From the NCBI RefSeq assembly GCF_964355755.1, contig NC_092680.1, positions 6,014,001 to 6,078,000 of the forward strand: a stretch of 64,000 bases of DNA, given 5' to 3'. The translations under genes were made by a program, and so were the position numbers. The DNA is from Antedon mediterranea (lineage: Eukaryota; Animalia; Echinodermata). Within the stretch, counting starts at the first letter, position 1, and the number at the start of each line of letters is the position of its first letter. The notes beneath the pieces were generated by a model that ran no database searches, was not told where the DNA came from, and saw nothing but the letters and a program-made list of their open reading frames with translations. Shown here in pieces: positions 53,616 to 64,000 of the stretch.

Positions 53616-53971
53616 TTATTTTTATTTTATTTTATGTCTTTAGGCAATGTGGCCAAGGATTACCAATAGTGAATTAATCACTGTCCTATCAGATAGGTGG
53701 TAATCCCCCTGATACAGGGGCTATTGTGTGAACCAGTTCACCGGGGTAACCCCCTACTCTTTTTTCGAATAATGAACTGGGTTCTTTAAAGTACACACAG
53801 GTTATAACTGTGTACACTGGACCTACGGTTTATAGTCCTTATCCGAGAAGACTTGTTCCACCACCAGAACTAGGAGCGAGTCGGCCTCGAACCCTTGCCG
53901 ATGTTGTTGTTGGCTCTTTAGGTACAGTAAACGGCGCCCCTGCCTTAACCGCTCGGCCATATGACTCGCTC
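53616..53971 (-). mobile_element. Full-length tRNA-derived SINE with a Deu/Nin-like central domain
   Basis: Minus strand: gagcgagtca...TGGCCGAGCGG (A box)...GGTTCGAGGCC (B box) gactcgctc (pairs with the 5' end). Body cttctcggataaggactataaaccgtaggtcc...aaagaaccc...ttcgaaaaaagagtagggggttaccccggtg, which I recall as Deu/Nin-domain-like. (TAAAA)n tail. Confidence 0.8.
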
Positions 53972-54202
53972 ACATATTGTGTTTCTGGATTGTTTGGATT
54001 GAAAGAAAGTATTATATGAAGTATTATTATTGCACATAGTCTTGTCATACAGAGATATAATATAAGCTTATTTTATAACTTCATGTACACGCTACAGAGT
54101 AAAAAAATGATTTTAAAATATTGTTTTTATGTGAAATTATTTTTCTTTTAATAAGTGCTTACAATTGGAACATGGTACTAAAAATTGTTCTGGTGGTTCT
54201 TA

Positions 54203-54318
54203 AGCTCTGTCTACACTATCAAACTTTATATGACAAACAAATGTGATGTGACCATATATGGACTTGATATCACTACCATATTTGGGTATATCACTACCAT
54301 ATTTGAGCACATCACACT
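54203..54318. mobile_element. MITE family A, truncated copy (same orientation as 9513)
   Basis: TIR agctctgtctacactatcaaact, then ttatatgacaaacaaatgtgatgtg and tandem atcactaccatatttg. Confidence 0.8.
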
Positions 54319-56725
54319 AGTCTAATAATTTAGACCAAGCTTTAAGAACAATCAAACAACTAGCCAGGGTTGTGGAGGATTTTTCTCATAAATATTCACA
54401 CTTTTTCTGTGGCTTTATAAGACACAATGTATTTCTCTTCCCTTGTTAAAAGTTATCCAGTTTTTAATTAAACAATTAACCAAATATTCATGGTTGTAAT
54501 GTAAGTGTTAAAGCCCTCTACGTGGTACGGTGGAACAGAGTAATAGTTCTCAATTGTACACATGCGTAACAACGATTACATTCATATACCATCATCTTCA
54601 GCAAGGATCCAAACATTATACTGTACTGTTAAAAAAAAAATATTTCTGTTGAATAGTTGTTTTAAATGTTATCTTTTGAGAAACTCAACATCTATTATTC
54701 ATTAATATTATAAAGTTAAAATAGTGTTACAATTCATGGGTTGTGTACTTTTTTCTACTTATATATTTATCACCAAATAATTATTATTTAAACATTTCCT
54801 TAAGTAAAACAATTTTTAATGAATTGAATATGTAAATAGGTAATTGCCATAGGTAGAACAATTAAATGTTTAACAAACTGATGAATGAAAACTTTTATTA
54901 TTTGCCATTGCATGCATTTAAAGTGGGGTGGAAAACACATGAATGAAACAGCCTTGAAAAAGTTATGTTAATATTAACCCAAATGCAACTACTTAAAATC
55001 CTAATATAAACTACAGATGTTTTTAAATGGATTGAAATAATGTTATGAATGCTAGCATCAGAACAGAGTCGCTGAAATTATTCAGAATTAAAGAAATTGC
55101 GTTCATTAGATATTCAATAGCCGTATGTTGGATTTTTAATATTTAATGGTTATGCATCACTGAATTTTAAAATCTTTTTTTGTAATATAAGAAAAACAGA
55201 AGGTGAACAGAGTTTAACATTTCTTTAATTCCTAACTAAAGATTTATTTAAATCAAATTAAATATTTCTTTATTTATAAATTTTGATAAAAGCATTGAAC
55301 AAAAAAAGCCATAAATTAAAAATATTATTAAAAATATTTCATTCTGAATTATAATAATTTTTAAAACGCTTAAGAATAATGTTAATATATTTATATAATA
55401 GTATTTAAATATTGTTTAAAAAATATAAATATTATAACCAATTAATTATTTCAAATAATTATTTATTAATAAAATAGTAACAGTAACAGAAAAAGATTAC
55501 TAAAATGTTATTATTATGCCTAAATTAAATTTTCTTTTAAATTTAAGTCCTTGTTCTATATCAAAATAATTGTATAGAAAAGGCATCTACATATTTGAGT
55601 GGCAATATTTTAAATTCTTATAAAGAGTAGTCAATATTTAATATATTTTAATAAAATAAGAATCCAAAAACAGGCATTTAAATAATGTTCATTTATATAT
55701 TAATTATTTTTTTAAAATTTCTATGCAACCAATTCTTGTCTACAGTGAATAAAAGTACAATATAAACAACATTAATTTTTAATAAACTTTTAAAAGTAAA
55801 TACAGTAAGCATATTAATAATTAATGTAATTTGATCAATTTTGCAAGATGTTTATAGGGAAAACTGTAAATATTAATGTCATAAGTTGTGACATGGATTT
55901 TGTTAATGTCATGCGTAAAGGCTTCAATGTCAGTTTGTCTAATATAAAACATGTAAAGCAAATTATAATTATAAGCCACTGACATCTGTATTGCTTTTTG
56001 ACTATGTTAAATATATATTCTCCTTCTCCATATTTGCCATAAATGGTGAAATGGTGGGATAGAAATGTCATACTTCTTGTGGTTTCCTTATGTATTTGAT
56101 AAATTTTATATGTAGGCCTTTTGAGATGTTTTTGTCCTTTTATACCTCACCAGTGGTGGACACTTTGATTAGTGGTCGCGCTTATGTCCGTCACTTCTAA
56201 AGTAGAGGGGAATTTCCCCCTTTTCTCTATAGCGGAGTGTCCCACCGGAGGTGCTGACCGGTCGTGGGTAACACATGTTTTTTTTAATGTTGTCTGGCAT
56301 ATATGTACTGTACATTTAAATGGTTACCAAACTGTCAAGCATCTGCTTTTTTTTTGGTATGCTATTGAATATGGTAATTGTGAATAAACGTTGTGATTAA
56401 AAAATATATATAACAGAAACAAATACAAACCTATTCGTGGAAATAAATAAAAACCCATTAAAATGAATTAATAAAAGTAGTGATTCATGCCACAAACAAG
56501 AAAAAAGGAAGAGAGAAACTGGTTGTTATGTTAAACCAAAATATTTATTAGTTATGTTGACTATTTCAATATTCAAGATGTATGTGTTGTATTTACAAAC
56601 CATTTTGTCTAGAACATAAAACTTAAAGCATTATCATAATAAAAATTAATGATGAGCTTGTTCTTTCATTCTTACATTATTTAATTTTATTGATGTTTTT
56701 TTTATTGAATGTTGTGTATTTTCAG

Positions 56726-56878
56726 GTTGATGACATAAAGCAAGCTATCCAAGATTTAAAGTCAAACAACGTTCGTGCGTTGGATCCAGAACCAAAAATT
56801 GGAGCTCATGGCAAACCAGTTGTCTTCCTTCATCCAAAAGATTGCGATGGTGTCCTAGTGGAGTTAGAAGAAACTTAG
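56726..56878 (+). CDS. MCEE: Methylmalonyl-CoA epimerase, exon 5 (terminal)
   Basis: Acceptor tattttcag|; VDDIKQAIQDLKSNNVRALDPEPKIGAHGKPVVFLHPKDCDGVLVELEET-TAG, with the KIGAHGKPVxFLHPKD signature and C-terminal catalytic Glu. Summed CDS 48+94+56+147+153 = 498 nt. Confidence 0.97.
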   Translation, partial: VDDIKQAIQDLKSNNVRALDPEPKIGAHGKPVVFLHPKDCDGVLVELEET

Positions 56879-58599
56879 CTATTTATTTATTTATTTATTC
56901 ATTTATTATTTTTTGATATCGACACTCAATACACTACTTGTTTGTTTATGGTACAACAATTGTTCAATTTTCTAGGGCTCTGCTGATTACACAAACACCA
57001 TTCATTCTAGTGTGTTAATTTCTCATTATTAAGTTGATGTATTAATATTTTAACAGAAACATTCTAAACACCTCAGTTTATTGTCATGGTTGTGTTTGCC
57101 AAACAACCGATCTCTCTTCATTACTCTGATATTCCCTAAATGTATTATTACTTCTTGTTGGGACAATTTCACAAAGAGTCAATGTATGCTTTAACATAAT
57201 GAGTTTTGCTGTTACCATTTTTGAATAGAGAGAAGTGTTATTCCCGCTAACAGTCAGTTTGAAAGTTGCTTGTCCAATCAAATTATCCCTTCTAAAATAA
57301 TGTATTACACTTTGTAGAAATGTTTCTTATGTCAAACTTCCGTCTCATTTCCACCTCAAGTAAAGACCTCCACTCTCTCCTATCTCTGTCTTCCCATCTC
57401 TATGTAATTTGTATATATCCATACCTTCCCTATGCCCTCCCAATCAATGTAGGCCTATATAAAATATTTATTTTAACATTTTATTTCTTTTTTTTTGTAA
57501 GCCAACTGTTACTGCGGATTTTTTCCATCGATGAAAAAGTACCAAGCAAATGTTTCAATTTGATATCAACTCTTTTCTCCCTCATATATACCTTTATATA
57601 ATTATGTTTAATGGCAATTGAGAATTATGAATAATATTATGATGGCCTGTCAAATAGCATAAATAATGATGCTAAACGGTGATCTACGCCTACTCTCTCA
57701 AATTCCTCCATATACAAATTATTTTTTCAACTGGTTATACTTTCCACTAAAGAGAGAAAGAGATAACGATATATTAATCTTACAGTTTTTACTTTGATAA
57801 TGCCTAAGGTTTTAAAAAAATCATAAAAATATATTGACAATTTTGAAATACCGCCGCAAGTACAATTTGAAAGTTGAGGTGTGATCGGGGATTTGTGCTA
57901 TAAATATCTTAATTGTTCAAATGTTTGTCTACTGAACCGTCATGATCTTCAGAAACGTAAATGACGAAAGCAGTGAAATGTTAGTGGCAAAACACAGCTA
58001 ATGATGACAACATGTCAAAAAAATGAAAATACTATAATATCTCGGAATCATGAAACAATATAAAATTGTTAATGCATGTTAAAATAAAGTTTTACTCCGA
58101 TTAAATCGACAAATGAATACTATCGATTCGTGTATTTCTTTATGTTTGTCTGCATATATTTTAATCTATACAATGAATTTAACAAGACATTTCTTACAAA
58201 AAAACGCCGCTCGTCTTTTTGACGTAACAGTTTTTGTTATTGTTCATTCTGATCTTCATTAAATGCAACCGCCGACAAACGTGCTCACTAAAAAACAATT
58301 ATTATCTATACACACCAAGATTTACTCTTTACTAAGTGATACACACAATTCGCCAAAATAGTTACCATAGATCCTACATTATAGCCAAAATGAAAACATT
58401 GTTTATTGAACAGATCTTACAGACTACCGGTACCGTCTGTATAGTACACTTTTTATACTCTCTTCTCCCAGACATTCTGTGGGGTTTGAGCATGCCCAGT
58501 CCGATTTTACAAATTCTCATTTTTTCAACGTTAGTAAATTAAAGCTTCCGCGTGATACAGTTTCCTAATGCTTCCGTCCTCTTAAATATAACTGCCTAA

Positions 58600-58778
58600 A
58601 GCGTGGTTCCCACAAGCGACGGAACACAAGGACGTAACGCAACGCAAGTGAATTGACCAATCACAAGCGATGGCTTATTCGCTTGTGATTGCTAACTGTC
58701 TATAACTTCGCTTGTCATTGGTTAAAACGCTTGCGTTGCGTTTACGTCCTTGCGTTACGTTCTAGTGGGAACCAAGCT
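58600..58778. mobile_element. Long-palindrome MITE (PIF/Harbinger-like)
   Basis: agcgtggttcccac...caaggacgtaacgcaacgcaag versus cttgcgttgcgtttacgtccttg...gtgggaaccaagct; flanks taa / tta; internal inverted caatcacaagcga / tcgcttgtgattg. Confidence 0.8.
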
Positions 58779-61144
58779 TTAAGGCGCGGCGCGGAAACAC
58801 TCATTCGTTCAGCCTAATTCTTCAGTAAGAATACTGTTACCCATGCTTTAAATACAAGATAACATGATTGGATAGGTTTTTATTTTGTATAGGATTTTTT
58901 TCAATCGTCTTTATTATATCTACTGTACTGACACGATAATTGTTTGTGATAAACCGTTTATTTGGTTTATATTATATGGAGTTTATTTTTATTGTTATAG
59001 TAAATTATACATACTCCGTTTTATACAGCACGGACAATTCCTTTTTTTTTTAAACGAACATTTTATGGCCACCAGCTCAATTGTTGTGTAAAACGTATAA
59101 ATTGCCCCCGGTTAAATACCGAATTATCCATTAAATTAAACACTTGTTATTAAAATACAACAGTAATATTCTTAAGTATTTTCACGGATAATCGTGCCCA
59201 AAGCGAGATATTCCACTCTGTTTAACGGTATTTTCGGAATTGTCCTTTCATCTTAATAATAGGCCTACTAATCATTAAATATGAAAATGAATATAGGCTA
59301 TTCGACTGAACTACTTCATTCGTGGAATGTTTACGTTACTCTCATAATGTTAAAGCGTAAAATTCCACTCTTTTAGAGTGAATGGTCACTAGTCAAGTCA
59401 CAGGTCACTCCAAACGACTACCGTACATCATTTCAGACAATGTTGACTTCTAAAGAGTAAAACACTCGCCTTTTAGAAAACCGTTCCACTCTAAAAATAA
59501 GTGGCATTTTCAGTTTGAAGCGAGTAGTTTGATATTAAAAACTATTTTTCACTGTATTCGTTTTTTTAGTTAAGGTGCATTCTAGTATATGGTTTTCCTT
59601 TATAGTTTAGAAAGCGACGCCGTATTATTTCGTTTCGCGGTGGAACGGAACAATGTATCTTTACTCGAGTATTTTTACGTAGAACCATTGCCTGAAAAAT
59701 AATGTCGTGAATAAGCCCGATAAAACATATGTTAAACTATTCGCGAACTTGGCATAGTATTTCAACCTTTCATGTTCATTTTTGTTGGATTACGCTCCGT
59801 TATTAGCATTCGTCGTAAGATAAACGTGCTTTAATGTTTAATGACAACTCGTGCAGTCACGTGAGCAATTTCACTCAATCCTGTCGGATTTCAAATGATT
59901 CTAGATGTGTTTCGTTTCCGTATCATCATTTCTTTTTCACCTACCTAGGGAGTTTTTCTGTAAATGGAAGGAAATTGCATCCATAATGTGTATATACACG
60001 TTTTGTTGAACAACTTAAAATAGACTATCGTTCGTGTTTAAAACCGGTATATTTTAAACTGATGCTTTTGGTTAACAAATGTTATTACCAGAGGGCTACA
60101 GTTGATATTCATTATCTTTACCATTTTCTTCCTGAAATCTGCAAAAATATTAATAGGTTTCGATCCACGCTTTAAATTTTCGGTCCACCAAATTAAAATT
60201 TTACGCTTATGCAACCACAAATAATTATTATTAATAAATATTATTATTTTTTGACGATTTGTTTTCATATTTACATATAATAACAATATGCAAATACACA
60301 TTTTAAGCAAATATTTATCTTTTAAAATTAATGTTTTGCTTTTTTTTTAAATGTGGTTATGTAAACCTCAGAGGCTATACAATGTTCAGGAACGGTTTAT
60401 TTGTGTCGAAGTCATATTAGAGCCTACACAATTTTCAAAGTAATGCCATTGTGATATTAAATATATGTTAGTAATTGGTCCATTTTTTACAATCCATTTC
60501 AATATATGTTTTATGGAGAGGTTATCAAAGTGACCGAAATTATCAATCACAACTATCATTTATTAAATATTTCTATGATTATCCGCCGTATAAAAAAAAA
60601 ATCGATATAATTGACTCTTTTCATTACTAGTACCGGTATCCATATATCCACATAAAGAAAATCGTAAAATTGTTTTGAGTAGGTAAAAAATAAAACTCGT
60701 GAGATTTTGCTACGGATATTTAAATGGAAACGCGTATATAGGCAGCATTCGGTGCGCATTATTTATCTTAATCACCAGTTATAAATGAACGCCTTAATCT
60801 CTTGCCATTCCGTGTGTAATTAATGTTCGCGTACTGCCTTTACGAACAGTTATCATTATAACATACCGAATGATTGCCAACCTTAGTAAAAGGGTCACGT
60901 TGAATATGGACATAATAATATTATTTAGGCTTGTAATTGACAGTCGGAATATATAAATTCGGCGAAAATTCAATCATGTTTGTGCATGGATAGAATACAA
61001 ATACATGTGTATGTTAATAAACTATGCCAAAGACGTTTAGTTTACGTGATTCGGTTTATAACAAGTATTTATTGAGATTTTTGTTTAAGTATGGTTAAAA
61101 GATTAAGAAACGTTCTCCTAACATGCACGGAGACCTTACACACT

Positions 61145-62164
61145 CGTTTAGCAGTGATAACGTTTTGTTCGTTTACTCAACGTGATAACGCTTGGTTTCG
61201 TTTACTCAGTGTGATGATGTTTTGTTCGTTTACTCAACCTGATATCGTTTTGTTCGTGTACTCAATTTGATAACGTTTTGTTCGTTTACTAAACGTGATA
61301 ACGTTTTGTTCGTTTACTCAACGTGATAACGTTTTGTTCGTTTACTAAACGTGATAACGTTTGGTTCGTTTACTCAACGTGATAACGTTTTTTTTTCGTT
61401 TACTCAACGAATTAACGTTTTGTTGGTATACACAATGTGATAACGTTTTGCTCATTTACTCAACGTGATAACGTTTTGTTCGTTTACTCAACGTGATAAC
61501 GTTTTGTTCTTATACACAACGTGATAACGTTTTGTTCGTTTACTCAACGTGATAACGTTTTGTTCGTTTACTCAACGTGATAATGTTTTGTTCGTATACA
61601 CAACGTGATAACGTTTTGTTCGTTTACCTAACGCCACAACATTTTGTTCGTTTACCCAACGTGAAAACGTTTTGTCCGTATACCCAACGTGATAACGTTT
61701 TGTTCGTTTACTCAACTTGATAACGTTTTGTTCATATACATAACGTGATAACGTATTGTTCGTTTACCCAACGTTACAACGTTTTGTTCGTTTACTCAAC
61801 GTGATAACGTGTTGTTAGTTTACTCAACATGATAACGTTTTGTTCGTATATCCAACATGATAACGTTTTGTTCGTTTACCCAACGTGATAACGTTTTGTT
61901 CGTTTAATCAACGTGATAATGTTTTGTTCGTATAACCAACGTAATTACGTTTCGTTCGTTTACTCAACGTGATAACGTTTTTTTTCTAATCCAACATGAT
62001 AACGTTTGTTCGTTTTATTCAACGTGATAACGTTTTGTTCGTTTACTCAACATGATAACGTTTTGTTCGTATATCCAACATGATAACGTTTTGTTCGTTT
62101 ACCCAACGTGACAACGTTTTGTCTGTATACCCAACGTGATAACGTTTTGTTCGTATACCAACAT
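61145..62164. repeat. 28-bp CpG-rich minisatellite, about 36 copies
   Basis: Unit caacgtgataacgttttgttcgtttact, head-to-tail. Confidence 0.95.
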
Positions 62165-62952
62165 CATGATATCAAATGATGACATAGATATAAAAAAAAA
62201 CTGATGACAAATCGAAACGATTGATAATAAATTCATGGTACATTTGATACATAAACCGCCTTATGGATTAACACGCATGCTGAATTCCATATCTGGGAAT
62301 TCTCACAGGTGATGTAAACCTATAAATAATACATCGACGCAGTCTGGACATGAATTATACGTTGAATTTCTACAGCTCGTTCCTAAGCTATAACCATCGT
62401 AAATTGAGGGAAATAAACACGGCTATCGAGTACGGGCATGGATATCATAGTTTATGTTACATCACATGAGTTACATGATGACGTGGGGGCCGAGTTGGAT
62501 CGATTTCATGTAGCGTTACATGTTGATTTCGTGCCGATAGGACGTGTGGTCAACGCATGTCGAGGTTTCTAAAAATACCAAAATCTTACTTTACATGTAG
62601 GCCTAGAACTTCATTAATAGTATCGAACGAGATACTAGGTCTATAGGTTGAAAGATTTTGGCCATATTTTTGACGGAGTTTAGTGTTTAGATTTTAATAC
62701 ATTTTCACACATGCAGAAAAAAATACGAAAATGTATGGTGATCAGCATATTGATAATCTGTTGTGTATGTCATTATTTATTTTGTTTATCGGGAAACTCT
62801 TTTTAAAATAACGATTAACAATTACGTAACTTAGTGTACAGAAATAATAAGTTTTCTTTTGTGCAGGATTCGAACCAATGACTGTTTTTTTGTTTTGGCA
62901 AGTTAAATGTTTAGGAACCTTTAATGCATAATAAATGGTTGAATAAGGCTTT

Positions 62953-63237
62953 TCACTGTATATGCCTTGAAAGACCGTAGTATAGTGTATGTTTAATGTA
63001 TTCTGAAGCACGCTCGTCGTATAGAAGTAGGCCATAGGGCCCACGACAATCTTTGGAATAATAACAGTAACAAAAAACGTGATATTCTACCGTATCGGTG
63101 ACAGTGACCGAGATTCCAGTTGATGAAGAAACTCTGGCTGACCTGGCAAGTGATCGACTAACAGTGAAAGCAATAATTAAGAGCGAGATAACTAGTATAT
63201 TAATGCCAGCTAAAATTAGCATTATTTGTGATTGCAT
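62953..63237 (-). CDS. Possible small ORF with N-terminal hydrophobic helix (unverified)
   Basis: 94 aa, MQSQIMLILAGINILVISLLIIAFTVSRSLARS...; no recognisable domain and no partner exons found. Confidence 0.15.
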   Translation of the reverse strand: MQSQIMLILAGINILVISLLIIAFTVSRSLARSARVSSSTGISVTVTDTVEYHVFCYCYYSKDCRGPYGLLLYDERASEYIKHTLYYGLSRHIQ

Positions 63238-63649
63238 GCATATAGTGAAATCAAGATTAGTTTAATTGAGCGTGGATGATATTAGTATAGGCCTACTAAT
63301 AACGATCATCAGAACCAGAGGTTTGTTATGAATCCAGTTTTAAAAGTTGATTTTTATGACTTTATAACATATTGATAATTCCGATAACTCTTTCCCCCTC
63401 TCCCCTTCTTTTAGCCTAAATCTAACGCGTTAAATAGGTTGATGTGGCAGTTTCCTGCACCTATAAAGGTCAACTCAACCAGCGTCGTACGACAAGTCGT
63501 CTCGTCGAGAGAAATTAAACGCGATATTACGCGACCTAAAAACTACGTTATCTTACAAGACGTCTCGTCGGGATTCAACTCAGACAGCACCGACGAGTCA
63601 AGACGTTTCGTTGGGAATCGTCGTATGAAGCTGTCTGATATACAGCTAC

Positions 63650-63895
63650 AGCGTTTCCATTAAAATCGCTACACGCGCAGATGTCACCGACGCAATCGGG
63701 AAGGCTCCCCGATTCATCGCAGTCAAATCGGCAAAGTTCAACCATGTTCAACTTTGCCGATTTTGTCGGCGATGAATCGTATACGCGTACCAAAGAATAT
63801 TTAGCGCTCGATCGCGTACTAGATCCCCGATAAATTCTAGCGTTTCCATAGAATCGCTACGCTCTGTCGTGTAGCGATTTTATGGAAACCAGGCT
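63650..63895. mobile_element. Palindromic MITE (Harbinger-like)
   Basis: gtttccattaaaatcgctacacg at the left versus cgtgtagcgattttatggaaaccaggct at the right; central inverted repeat aaatcggcaaagtt / aactttgccgattt. Confidence 0.7.
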
Positions 63896-64000
63896 TTAGT
63901 GGCAGCTAGCGGTCGGGAAGCATTTGGGTGAACTGGATGTGCTTCTAAAACTAGCTTCAAAAGTAGCTTTAGCAGAATTAGAAGCGCTTTATTTATCATA

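Larger units (their letters stand above)
4714..56725 (+). other. MCEE: MCEE intron 4, about 52.0 kb, GT-AG, phase 0
   Basis: Joins ...HHICIE to VDDIKQ... with no missing residues relative to the MCEE family. I saw no other copy of the terminal exon in between. Confidence 0.88.

Noticed and set aside
4714-56725. Enrichment of the Rbfox motif TGCATG and of p53-like CATG half-sites
   Set aside because: Counts by eye are compatible with background in DNA enriched for TG/CA by CpG decay; no convincing full p53 site.
57084-57291. Possible terminal exon of a convergent minus-strand gene
   Set aside because: An acceptor-like ttattttag is present, but there is no recognisable protein and no consistent upstream exons; it probably overlaps the MCEE 3' UTR.
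63439-63793. GC-rich ORFs near the right end
   Set aside because: They lie in or next to palindromic MITE sequence and show no protein motifs.

Overview
AT-rich, intron-containing animal genomic DNA, not prokaryotic. An invertebrate deuterostome such as an echinoderm is my inference, from TAGGCCTA clusters and a Deu/Nin-like SINE. Two protein-coding genes are supported by hand-spliced reading frames. (1) A complete 5-exon methylmalonyl-CoA epimerase gene (MCEE, + strand, CDS 1879-56878, 165 aa), whose last intron is about 52.0 kb (4714-56725) while the other introns are 0.18-2.0 kb. (2) The 5' end of a divergently transcribed spinster-like MFS transporter (- strand, runs off the left edge). 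The giant intron contains no nested protein gene I can support. It holds satellites, MITEs, LINE/SINE remnants and a Helentron-type element, plus many non-repetitive CpG-retaining islands with two DR5 nuclear-receptor elements and several RFX X-boxes. It also has candidate recursive AG|GT splice sites and an array of 3'-splice-site look-alikes. The best hypothesis is a 'bystander' intron acting as a long-range cis-regulatory landscape. Downstream of MCEE the DNA becomes CpG-rich and carries a 28-bp satellite and palindromic MITEs. I found no CRISPR, rRNA or convincing intact tRNA. Most ORF-track entries are noise or repeat-derived.
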